Notes: generated from the letters alone by a model not told the origin. Shown: positions 1 to 10,655, counted from the stretch's first letter. The stretch: DNA of 64,000 bases from Macrostomum lignano (GCA_002269645.1 NIVC01002043.1:117413-181412), one strand, 5' to 3'. Numbers and translations: made by a program.

Positions 1-194
1 CTCTCTTCCAGCTCTTTTAATTCATTTTTTTCTTTAGTCGACGTTCCGTTTACGCGCACATTGCTCAGAATTTTCTGCTTCTATTGGCCATCCATCTCGG
101 GGCAGCTCGTCTCGTCTGGCTTCCCCTCCTGCACGGCTTCTCCTAATCATTCTCCACTGGGATTTGGGCTCGGGTTTGCTGCACCCAGTGCGTT

Positions 195-205
195 CTGTCT
201 ATCTG

Positions 206-268
<63 letters not shown>

Positions 269-297
269 GTCTATCTATCTATCTATCTATCTATCTG

Positions 298-383
<86 letters not shown>

Positions 384-437
384 CATCCATCTATCTATCT
401 ATCTATCTATCTGTCTATCTATCTATCTATCTATCTG

Positions 438-508
<71 letters not shown>

Positions 509-537
509 GTCTATCTATCTATCTATCTATCTATCTG

Positions 538-579
<42 letters not shown>

Positions 580-633
580 CATCTATCTATCTATCTATCT
601 ATCTATCTGTCTATCTATCTATCTATCTATCTG

Positions 634-687
<54 letters not shown>

Positions 688-692
688 CATCC

Positions 693-724
<32 letters not shown>

Positions 725-769
725 GTCTGTCTATCTATCTATCTATCTGTCTATCTATCTATCTATCTG

Positions 770-824
<55 letters not shown>

Positions 825-825
825 C
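195..825. repeat. (TATC)n microsatellite, left flank of the Penelope-like element
   Basis: Direct reading: ATCT units with occasional GTCT/ATCC variants. Confidence 0.98.
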
Positions 826-841
826 ACACGCGATGTGAGAT

Positions 842-1392
842 ACGCAGGCGGAGGAATATGGAGCAGAAGCTCATCGCTTTACTACAGACCCAGACTCCAG
901 CAGGCTTAAACACCGTCATCACTGAAAAAGACGCCTGCATCCCAATAGTGATCCCTTTCACGGACCACTCTGGGCGAATTGTTCATCAAATTCGCACGGC
1001 CATTTCGAACCACGCTGCAGAGCTGGATACGGTGGCTGCCTATACTCGCTCACGCTCATTAAAGGACATTCTATGTCCATCCAATCTGCCCGCCGTAACT
1101 AATGGTCAGGCCCGAAACTCAAACCTCTTTTCAGATGAGCACTAGATGTACAGATGTACACACGCGTTGCAACGTGCCCGCCCAACCATATTGATCATTT
1201 TATTTTATTCGCGTCTTTCTATACTCACTATAAATATTTAACTCTGTTTTAATTTGCCCTTTTTCACAGTTTTTTATTTACAATATACCCTGACGAAGAC
1301 CCTGTTTAGGTCGAAAATTCGGTTCTTTTCTTAGAATTAAAGAAATTGTGAATTTGCTTCAACTGTGTGCGTGGTTTCATTTCGCATTATCT
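842..1392 (+). repeat. Left direct repeat (pseudo-LTR): 5'-truncated copy of ORF2 3' end plus 3' UTR
   Basis: Near-identical to 5343-5893. ORF 858..1145 reproduces the last 95 aa of ORF2. Confidence 0.95.
1287..1323 (+). ncRNA. Minimal type I hammerhead ribozyme motif (copy 1)
   Basis: ACC-CTGACGA-A-GACC(ctgttta)GGTC-GAAA-ATTC-GGT: core CUGANGA/GAAA, 4-bp helix II, palindromic AAUU in place of helix III, UUC cleavage triplet ending at 1320, ACC/GGT helix I. Confidence 0.75.
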
Positions 1393-1429
1393 TCTCCCGG
1401 GACCAGTGAAGCAATCTCACAGTTTCCTT

Positions 1430-3376
1430 ATGCCGACCAAAAGCCGAAGCTGGTACAGCTCGCATCATCGCCGAGCAAGAGTACCTCAACAACCAAACAG
1501 TCGTCCACATGGCCAGCAGTACCAAGGTGTGCGTTCGACTGTGAGGCGACTACCTCCAGAACATGGCCGGCAGTTTGATCGCCAGCGTGACGGCGATGTC
1601 AGATCTAGAAGCCGCCATCGCCAAAGAGACCGCGCTACGCAGGACAGGACGGGCGGCGACCGGCAACAACGTCGGAATGCAGGTGGGTCGCTGACAACCG
1701 CCGCGTCCGGAGTCGCCCGCCAAGTCAAACAGCTGTTTCGTGCTGCTCACCACCTGGAAAATTGGCAGGTGACACCATCTTCGATCCGACTAAAGTCTCA
1801 GCAGCTGAAAACACTAATCAGGCCTGCAGTGCCCACGGAATCGACAAAATCGCGGATTGCTGAGAACGCCGATCAGTGGGAAGTCAGCACGCTAGACACA
1901 ATGCAGAGCCATTATGAGATCAGCATCCATCATCTAGCTGCTGAACTTCTGGAAGCCAGGAAGGACGCTGACCCTTCTGATTGGGAAACCGGCTGGCAAG
2001 TCGGTTTTCACTGGGCGGCGAAGGACCTCGGCAGAAGATTCAGCTACAGCCCTGATCTGCTGCAATACCGGCTGAAAAAAATGTCCATCGAGCTGAAGGT
2101 ACCTGAATTTAATGCTAACAAAGGTAGGACTATCTCTTCTTTTGATACTGTGATTGTAAGTAACCAAACCACCAGCTCTATGGGGGTTCCCGTTTCAAAC
2201 CTCTTGTCTGGGGTGGTGGGTTCGAATCAACCCCACCAAGCCGCCAGCCCTGTGACAACTGAGCAGGGGAGGGAGCAACCAGCAGGGAATCGTCCCTCCA
2301 GCCCTTCAACGGGCATGGAAGAATCTCCCGACTGGCGAGGCTTTAACGAGGAACCGAGCATGCTAAGCCATACGGACGAGGACAACCAAGCTTGCCCGCC
2401 GATTTTTCCGACAGAAGAGCCGCCTGAAGGGCTCAATTCGCAAATGCAGGGTCCAGTTGCCTGTGACCAGGGGCTGGACACGGGGGTGGTCTGTGACCAG
2501 ACACCTCCACCTGCAAACTCCATTGCTGCTGATCAAAACGAATCAGCTATTTCGATACCTGCCATCTTGACTTCGAGTCGTCAACAGCAGAGTCAAGTCG
2601 CCTGTGACCAGGGGCTTGACACGGGAGTGGTCTGTGACCAGACATCCCCAGCTGCTGCTAATAGCAACAACATCGATGCCAGCCAGGCTGACTCTTCCGT
2701 GTCTTTTGCGACACCCACCGACAACGTTGCAGTTTTACAGAGTAGATTTGCTTGCGCTGAGCCACCCAGGCTTGCCAGTGACAGCAATAGGGACAGTCTT
2801 GAGCTGACCCCTCCTCGATCGGCACTTGCTCAACCAAGCCAGATTAACGTCCATAGGGGACTTAAGAAAGACTGGAAACTGACCCCTATCGAAAAGTCAA
2901 CGATCGCGATCGGCGATGAGAGTCTCTCTGAGCCCGGGCAAGCGCACCCAGATGTACAATTTGAAATTTTTCCGAATCTACGCGCTGAGAACCTAATCAG
3001 GGTGCTGCGTGAGCAGTTGAAAAGCCCTAGCTCAGCTGTCAAAGCGGTCATTCTCTTCCCTTGTGGTCATGACCTGTCGAGACAATTTGAAGGTGTCCTC
3101 GACAAACAGCTCACGACAATCGTGAATCATTGTCGCAAGGCCTTTCCAGAGGCAAACATCTACACACTTGACTCAGTGGTGGATGCCGAGGCAACGGACA
3201 GCGTCCGAAGCAACGTGGAAAAATTGAACCGCCATGCCCAGAATCTCAACCAGAAGGGGCACATGTCACTACCCAGACAGGGTTTGACCTTCCTGTCAGA
3301 CAAGGTCACACTATCTGACCAATCGGCCTTGGAGGTCTTCAGGATTGTCTACGGCAAAGTGCAAAAAAACTTGTAG
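1430..3376 (+). CDS. PLE ORF1 (648 aa from first ATG): Arg-rich N-terminus, disordered middle, C-terminal SGNH/esterase-like fold
   Basis: Open frame 1367..3376, first ATG at 1430. C-terminal motifs IGDES / FPNL / CGHDL / SDKVTL are in SGNH block order. Confidence 0.8.
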   Translation: MPTKSRSWYSSHHRRARVPQQPNSRPHGQQYQGVRSTVRRLPPEHGRQFDRQRDGDVRSRSRHRQRDRATQDRTGGDRQQRRNAGGSLTTAASGVARQVKQLFRAAHHLENWQVTPSSIRLKSQQLKTLIRPAVPTESTKSRIAENADQWEVSTLDTMQSHYEISIHHLAAELLEARKDADPSDWETGWQVGFHWAAKDLGRRFSYSPDLLQYRLKKMSIELKVPEFNANKGRTISSFDTVIVSNQTTSSMGVPVSNLLSGVVGSNQPHQAASPVTTEQGREQPAGNRPSSPSTGMEESPDWRGFNEEPSMLSHTDEDNQACPPIFPTEEPPEGLNSQMQGPVACDQGLDTGVVCDQTPPPANSIAADQNESAISIPAILTSSRQQQSQVACDQGLDTGVVCDQTSPAAANSNNIDASQADSSVSFATPTDNVAVLQSRFACAEPPRLASDSNRDSLELTPPRSALAQPSQINVHRGLKKDWKLTPIEKSTIAIGDESLSEPGQAHPDVQFEIFPNLRAENLIRVLREQLKSPSSAVKAVILFPCGHDLSRQFEGVLDKQLTTIVNHCRKAFPEANIYTLDSVVDAEATDSVRSNVEKLNRHAQNLNQKGHMSLPRQGLTFLSDKVTLSDQSALEVFRIVYGKVQKNL

Positions 3377-5646
3377 GTTTTAGGAATGCGGCTAGCAACC
3401 AAGTCTTGAACTTATCGAATTATCGTCTTTCTGACTGCGAAACCGAAATTTTAGGAATGGGGAAGAACTTTGTGCCAGCCCCAATTGTTATGGGGTCCAG
3501 CGTCCTTTCTGACTCCATCAAGGTTTTCAAGCAGAGAATAGTTCTTAACTCCCTGCTTCAGCGTCGCACGTGTGCTTTCACCCCGCGCATCCCTTATACT
3601 GGCCGAGCTTCGATCCCCAACATCAACTTGGACAAGTGGCGCTCTCACAGAGACCTTTTTGAAAGCCTTGACAGGATTAGAATTCCAATAATCATACACA
3701 ACAAGCCAAACCTTCAGGAGCAGCAGAGAATGGCACTGAAGACTCTTCGAGACAATAGCAGTATCGTCATTAAACCTGCCGACAAGGGCAGCAATATGGC
3801 CGTTTTGAATCGAACTGATTACATACTGGAGGCTAACAGGCAGCTCTCCAACAGGACCTTCTACCAACCCCTTGACACTGCAATGAGCGCCCAGACCAGT
3901 GCCATTATCAAAGCCATTTTTCAAGATCTTAAAGAAGAAAAGATAATTACTAATCATCAATACTCGCAACTGATTCCGCCAACTATTCCAAGAGATCGAA
4001 TTTTTTACCTTTTGCCAAAAATTCATAAGGATCCCGAAGAATGGCCTACTCCTGGAGTGCCTCCTGGGAGACCCATTGTCTCGGACTGCAGCTCGGAAAG
4101 CTACATGAGCGCCAAATTTATCGATCTCTTCCTACAGCCGATCGCTAAGGAACAAGACTCCTTCATCCGAGACACGGACCACTTTCAAGCGGCTATTAAT
4201 GATTTGATTTTTGAAAAAGACGAAAATGTCTTTCTGGTTACAATGGATGTTGAATCCCTGTACACCAATATTCCCACTGATAAGGGGATGGACGCCATTA
4301 GAGATGCCTTTCAAACATTTCCCCAAACCTCAAGGCCAGATAACCATCTTCTTGCGCTCCTGGACATTAACTTGAACAAAAATGATTTTGTTTTCAACGA
4401 CACGCGCTACCTTCAAATCAAAGGCACAAGCATGGGAAAGGCCTTTGCGCCATCCTACGCCAACATATTTATGTCTGCCTGGGAATCCAAAGCTTTAGAG
4501 ACTGCTCCGTTTACCCCTCGTTTCTTCAAGCGCTACATTGACGACATTTTTATGGTCTTCGTCGGCACTGAAGACGAACTAAAGGAGATGCACAAGCATC
4601 TGAATGAGTTCGATTGCAACATCCGACTCACGATGCAATACAGCAGAGAGAAGGTTCACTTCCTGGACTGCTGTGTCAGTCTGACTGACGAAGGCAACAA
4701 CAAGAGACTTTCGTGCTCAATCTACTTCAAACCCACCGATTCACGCCAGCTTTTAAATCCGGGGTCTTTTCACCCAAAGCACACTTTCAAAGGTATACTG
4801 AAATCTCAGTTCCTCCGTTACGCTCGCCGTTGCACATTTAAAGAAGACTTCGATGAGGCCAGCAGCAGCTTAACAAGCATCCTGAAGAAACAAGGATATT
4901 CTGTCCGCTTAATCAGGGATTCTAAAAAATCTGCCCTCATCCAGCTGGGCCTCTACATTGATGGTCGGTGGGAGTTCGGCTTCCAGGATTGTGGCAATCT
5001 AAGCTGCCGTCCTTGCAGAGAGCACGGGAATTTTGGCCAAGTTTGTTTAGGGTCCAGCGCTACAAAAATGATTTACAAAATTTGTCAAAAAGTCCGCTGT
5101 GACTCCAGGAATGTGGTGTATGCCATTCTGTGCAAGACTTGCAATGACCGCTGTATCTACGTAGGTGAGACTGGAGACGCTCTTAAAGTCAGACTTCAGG
5201 CTCACCTGAGCGACATCAGACTGGCTAAAGACACCCCAATCTCCAGGCACTTTCGGTCACCAAACCACAGTATTCAGGACCTCCGCTTTATGGGTCTGCG
5301 GTACCTCAGTACTGAGTGCCTGACCACTAAAGAGGGCGCTCAACGCAGGCGGAGGAATATGGAGCAGAAGCTCATCGCTTTACTACAGACCCAGACTCCA
5401 GCAGGCTTAAACACCGTCATCACTGAAAAAGACGCCTGCATCCCAATAGTGATCCCTTTCACGGACCACTCTGGGCGAATTGTTCATCAAATTCGCACGG
5501 CCATTTCGAACCACGCTGCAGAGCTGGATACGGTGGCTGCCTATACTCGCTCACGCTCATTAAAGGACATTCTATGTCCATCCAATCTGCCCGCCGTAAC
5601 TAATGGTCAGGCCCGAAACTCAAACCTCTTTTCAGATGAGCACTAG
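3370..5646 (+). CDS. PLE ORF2: reverse transcriptase, Cys linker and GIY-YIG endonuclease
   Basis: VLNLSNYRLS..LGMGKNFVP N-terminal motif, PGRPIVS, VTMDVESLYTNIP, GTSMGKAFAPSYANIFM, RYIDDIF, DCGNLSCRPC linker, NVVYAILC..IYVGET..R..H..EQKLI..GLN. Frame open from 3319; first ATG only at 3457. Confidence 0.96.
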   Translation, partial: LVGFRNAASNQVLNLSNYRLSDCETEILGMGKNFVPAPIVMGSSVLSDSIKVFKQRIVLNSLLQRRTCAFTPRIPYTGRASIPNINLDKWRSHRDLFESLDRIRIPIIIHNKPNLQEQQRMALKTLRDNSSIVIKPADKGSNMAVLNRTDYILEANRQLSNRTFYQPLDTAMSAQTSAIIKAIFQDLKEEKIITNHQYSQLIPPTIPRDRIFYLLPKIHKDPEEWPTPGVPPGRPIVSDCSSESYMSAKFIDLFLQPIAKEQDSFIRDTDHFQAAINDLIFEKDENVFLVTMDVESLYTNIPTDKGMDAIRDAFQTFPQTSRPDNHLLALLDINLNKNDFVFNDTRYLQIKGTSMGKAFAPSYANIFMSAWESKALETAPFTPRFFKRYIDDIFMVFVGTEDELKEMHKHLNEFDCNIRLTMQYSREKVHFLDCCVSLTDEGNNKRLSCSIYFKPTDSRQLLNPGSFHPKHTFKGILKSQFLRYARRCTFKEDFDEASSSLTSILKKQGYSVRLIRDSKKSALIQLGLYIDGRWEFGFQDCGNLSCRPCREHGNFGQVCLGSSATKMIYKICQKVRCDSRNVVYAILCKTCNDRCIYVGETGDALKVRLQAHLSDIRLAKDTPISRHFRSPNHSIQDLRFMGLRYLSTECLTTKEGAQRRRRNMEQKLIALLQTQTPAGLNTVITEKDACIPIVIPFTDHSGRIVHQIRTAISNHAAELDTVAAYTRSRSLKDILCPSNLPAVTNGQARNSNLFSDEH

Positions 5647-5893
5647 ATGTACAGATGTACACACGCGTTGCAACGTGCCCGCCCAACCATATTGATCATT
5701 TTATTTTATTCGCGTCTTTCTATACTCACTATAAATATTTAACTCTGTTTTAATTTGCCCTTTTTCACAGTTTTTTATTTACAATATACCCTGACGAAGA
5801 CCCTGTTTAGGTCGAAAATTCGGTTCTTTTCTTAGAATTAAAGAAATTGTGAATTTGCTTCATCTGTGTGCGTGGTTTCATTTCGCATTATCT
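5343..5893 (+). repeat. Right direct repeat (pseudo-LTR) of the PLE
   Basis: Matches 842-1392; runs directly into (TATC)n via ...CATTATCT. Confidence 0.95.
5788..5824 (+). ncRNA. Minimal type I hammerhead ribozyme motif (copy 2)
   Basis: Identical to 1287-1323; CTGACGA starts at 5791. Confidence 0.75.
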
Positions 5894-5910
5894 ATCTATC
5901 TATCTATCTG

Positions 5911-5960
<50 letters not shown>

Positions 5961-5965
5961 CATCC

Positions 5966-6005
<40 letters not shown>

Positions 6006-6035
6006 GTCTATCTATCTATCTATCTATCTGTCTAT

Positions 6036-6068
<33 letters not shown>

Positions 6069-6094
6069 CATCCATCTATCTATCTATCTGTCTG

Positions 6095-6157
<63 letters not shown>

Positions 6158-6158
6158 G

Positions 6159-6236
<78 letters not shown>

Positions 6237-6326
6237 CATCCATCCATCCATCTATCTATCTATCTATCTATCTGTCTATCTATCTATCTATCTATCTATC
6301 TGTCTATCTATCTATCTATCTATCTG

Positions 6327-6404
<78 letters not shown>

Positions 6405-6409
6405 CATCC

Positions 6410-6442
<33 letters not shown>

Positions 6443-6466
6443 CCTATCTATCTATCTATCTATCTG

Positions 6467-6508
<42 letters not shown>

Positions 6509-6525
6509 CATCTATCTATCCATCC

Positions 6526-6557
<32 letters not shown>

Positions 6558-6582
6558 GTCTATCTATCTATCTATCTATCTG

Positions 6583-6665
<83 letters not shown>
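5889..6665. repeat. (TATC)n microsatellite, right flank of the PLE
   Basis: Direct reading. Confidence 0.98.
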
Positions 6666-6715
6666 GCATTCTGGTTCTGGATGAGAGTGAAAATAGGTAT
6701 AATTCTAGAGCGAAC

Positions 6716-7040
6716 ATGGAAATGGAGAAAATGGAGATGAGAGTAAGAGTGAAAATGGAGATGAGAGTAAGAGGGAAAATGGAGATGAGAGTAGGAGAGT
6801 GAAAATTGAGATTAGAGTAAGAGTGAAAATGGAGATGAGAGTAGGAGAGTGAAAATTGAGATGAGAGTAGGAGAGTGAAAATGGAGATGAGAGTAGGAGA
6901 GTGAAAATGGAGATTAGAGTAAGAGTGAAAATGGAGATGAGAGTAAGAGAGTTGAAATGGATATGAGAGTAAGAGAGTGAAAATGGAGATGAAAGTAGGA
7001 GAGTGAAAATGGAGATGAAAGTAAGTGAGTGAAAATAAAT
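6716..7040. repeat. 26-bp minisatellite GAGTGAAAATGGAGATGAGAGTAAGA
   Basis: About 12 imperfect copies. Confidence 0.9.
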
Positions 7041-7121
7041 CACACGTCCAGAGAAAATTCTTCAAGTGAGCTTTAAGCCCATTCACAAGCAATTAACTCA
7101 TCAGTGATGAGATGTCCGGTG

Positions 7122-7641
<520 letters not shown>

Positions 7642-8099
7642 CTGTTAGCCGCCAGAGCCAGTTAGTAATAAGCGATTTGCGTATAAATAAATTGATTTCT
7701 GACGTCGGAGTCTGCCTTTAAAAGTCCAAATATATAAGAGGAGTTTCCTAGCTCGTAGTTTGGATAATTAAAGCCATCCTGTACCCCGTTGCCTGAGCTG
7801 TGTACTCTTTTCTTTAACAAATAAGCAATATTTCAACACAACCAGCAATACTGAAAGCTCTGTATAATTATATCTAAGAAGAATTGCAAATTAAAACTAC
7901 AATAAATATTTATGTTAATATAAAGAGGACAAAACACAACTGACAGATATGAAAATTCGAATGCAATGTTAATTGAATATTAAAGAAAACCACTTTTTTC
8001 TATCTATTGGTCGTGATTGTGTGCTCAAAATTTTGATAAGGATTCCCTCGTTCCGACGATTCCCGCGTGTTTATACGAGCGTATGCGAAGGATTCCCGC

Positions 8100-8550
8100 T
8101 AATCTATATGCAAGGGATTCCTCAGTTCTGAGAGGGATTCGCGCTCTAACTGTCTGAAAGGGCTTACCCTTTCTGGGAGAGATTCTCCGTACAGAGAGGA
8201 ATTCTCCGTCCTGATAGGGATTCCCGTGCTGATAGGGATTCCCCATGCTGATAGGGATTCCCCCGTTCTGACAGAGACTCCCCATTCTGATCGGGATTCC
8301 CTGTACTGAGGGATTTCCGTACTGAGAGGGATTCCCCGTACTGAGAGGGATTCCCCGTACAGAGAGGGATTCCCGTACTGAGAGGGATTCCCCGTTCTGA
8401 GAGGGATTTCCACTTATTTATAGCTGAGGGGTCTTCATTCTGACAGGGATTCCCCATTGGGGGAGGGATTTCCGCTTATTTATATGCAAGGAGTTCCCTC
8501 GTTCTGAGAGGGATTCCCTTTCCTTTCTGCTACCCAAGGGATTCCCTCGC
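8100..8550. repeat. Degenerate ~20-bp tandem array (GAGAGGGATTCCCCGTTCT-like)
   Basis: Recurrent GGGATTCCC core, just 3' of the MMACHC stop. Confidence 0.8.
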
Positions 8551-8571
8551 TGCTCCAAGGCGAACCAATGT

Positions 8572-10115
8572 CTACTTGGACACCCCATCAGGAGGCACAC
8601 CCAGCCCAGCCTTAATCAGTCGCCCCTCAGAGCGCCACTGTTGCACAAGAGCCGACCGCTGCGAAGGCCGGGTGTTAAGGTACTCGACAAACTCCGGAGC
8701 GTAGATGCGGGCTGGCCGGCCGGCGGGCAGGCAGTCTCGCCAGAGATTGTCGCGCCAATTGCCGTTGAATTTGCGCAGAAAGTCCAACTCGAGGTCCGGC
8801 CGCCCGCCTAGCGGATCTGAGGTGCCCGACGGCCGGGGCAGGTCGGGCAGGCGGAGGTCGGGCAGGACGGCCACGGCGCGGAAGCCGAACCAGCCGCCGT
8901 GCACGGGGTGCAGCGAGGCGCCTGCGGGAGAGAGAGAGATGGAATCAGCAATCTGGGTACTTACGGGAGCATTGAAATGGCGGATCAGAGTTGAAGGGCG
9001 GATGAGAATTGAGTGGGGCGGATGAGAACTGAGTGGGGCGGATAAGAATTGAGGGGGCGGATGAGAATTGAGGGAGCGGATGAGAATTGAGGGGGCGGAT
9101 GAGAATTGAGGGAGCGGATGAGAATTGAGGGGGCGGATGAGAATTGAGGGGGCGGATGAGAATTGAGGGAGCGGATGAGAATTGAGGGGGCGGATGAGAA
9201 TTGAGGGGGCGGATGAGAATTGAGGGGGCGGATGAGAATTGAGGGAGCGGATGAGAATTGAGGGGGCGGATGAGCATTGAGGGAGGGCGGATCAGAGTTG
9301 AGAGACGAATGAGAATTGAGTAGGCCGTCTTTAAGTTAAGGGGGCGGATGAGAATTGAGCGGGGCGGATAATAGCTGAGGGGAGGGTGAGAATTGAGCGG
9401 GGCGGATAGCTGAGGGGAGGGTGAGAATTGAGCGGGGCGGATAATAGCTGAGGGGAGGGTGAGAATTGAGTAGGGCGGATAGCTGAGGGGAGGGTGAGAA
9501 TTGGGCGGGGCGGATAATAGCTGAGGGGAGGGTGAGAATTGAGTAGGGCGGATAATAGCTGAGGGGAGGGTGAGAATTGGGCGGGGCGGATAATAGCTGA
9601 GGGGGAGGATGAGGCATCCCATTTCCTACCGTACCATACAGCAGCCGATCTGTGTCGCCCTCAGTGTCCCGCCGGGACGGATAAAAGTGCGCGCAGCCGC
9701 TTACGTGACCGGCCGTCTGCACGAGGACGCGAGGCGCCCGACTGCCCGGCTGGATGTCGTAGTCGAAGAAAAGCAGCCGCTGCCGGCACCTGGCGTCGGC
9801 CTCGGACAGGCAGTCGAGCGCCGATCGGATGGCCAGCGAGCAGGCGGTGTCGATGGGGTCTCGGTAGTCGATTTCGTCGCCAGATTCGCCGACCTGCTGA
9901 GCCAGGCGCGGCAGGAGGCACAACTCGAACATGTCGGGCCGGCTCAGGACGCACAAAGCTACGGCGTCTTCGGGCAGGTCGGAGCCGTCGGCGGCGGTCA
10001 GGCGGAACACGGGCTCCACCAGGCTGTTGTACCAGCCGACTAGGAAGGGCCGGCACTCGAATCCCGACTTATCTAGATGGCGCTGGGCCTCGGTTAAGCC
10101 GGGGACTTCAGCCAT
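8572..10115 (-). CDS. MMACHC: Cobalamin-processing protein CblC (MMACHC homologue); exons 10115-9635 and 8921-8572
   Basis: GFECRPFLVGWYN, DPIDTAC, FDYDIQP..PRVLVQTAGHVSG, spliced LYG|ASLHPVHGGWFGFRAV, FNGNWRD..WRD. Phase-1 GT-AG intron 9634-8922 keeps the frame. Confidence 0.92.
8990..9610. repeat. Compound ~19-bp and ~39-bp minisatellite filling the MMACHC intron
   Basis: GGGGCGGATGAGAATTGA units followed by GGGGCGGATAATAGCTGAGGGGAGGGTGAGAATTG units. Confidence 0.92.
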
Positions 10116-10506
10116 GAGATCGATGATGAAGGGGAGCTCGGTGAGTTACGCAATCTACGATGCATATCGGGTGGTTTGAATACCTAAATATCTGTACGCT
10201 TCTTCCTGATCTGAGTCACTATAGTCTGGAATAGGTCAGGTCACTATATAGCCTCAAAATGAGTCACTACAGCTCAATTTTAGTCACTCATACAGACTCC
10301 GATTGAGTTGCTCAAGAGAACTGAGCCACATATCTTACGTCTATCAATTCTGTTTACCGGTATATCCTGAACCAAAAGATGCCCAGACAGGTCACGTCTA
10401 AGGGGCTGATATGTCTGCTCAAAAAATGGAAGAGGAATACCCATTCTTAGTCATCTACAAGCACGGGCAGTCTCGCACACAGAGAGAACGCAAACACTCA
10501 AATCGT

Positions 10507-10517
10507 AATCTATCATC

Positions 10518-10558
<41 letters not shown>

Positions 10559-10615
10559 CCTACCTATCTATCTACCTACCTATCTATCTATCTATCTATC
10601 TACCTACCTACCTAC

Positions 10616-10655
<40 letters not shown>

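Larger units (their letters stand above)
842..5893 (+). mobile_element. Penelope-like retroelement (probably Neptune group), partial-tandem structure, two ORFs
   Basis: RT plus C-terminal GIY-YIG ORF. 842-1392 equals 5343-5893 (offset 4501; one mismatch seen, 1362/5863). Both outer flanks are (TATC)n. Confidence 0.93.

Noticed and set aside
195-825. Telomere-associated (Athena/Coprina-type) interpretation of the PLE
   Set aside because: The flanking repeat is TATC, not a telomeric unit, and the element encodes a GIY-YIG endonuclease.
61-909. Long (SIYL)n ORFs here and at 5849-6802 and 10411-10908
   Set aside because: Translations of (TATC)n microsatellite; three of the frames lack stops by construction.
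3451-5250. Antisense ORFs over the PLE, and others opposite MMACHC, sav and NT5C2 exons
   Set aside because: Shadow frames of real coding sequence with no motifs.
3406-5646. Selenocysteine (in-frame UGA) recoding as reported for some PLE lineages
   Set aside because: ORF2 has no internal TGA.
9336-9634. Pro/Ser-rich C-terminal tail of ORF 9336..10115
   Set aside because: Read-through into the intronic minisatellite; splicing at 9635 restores MMACHC homology.
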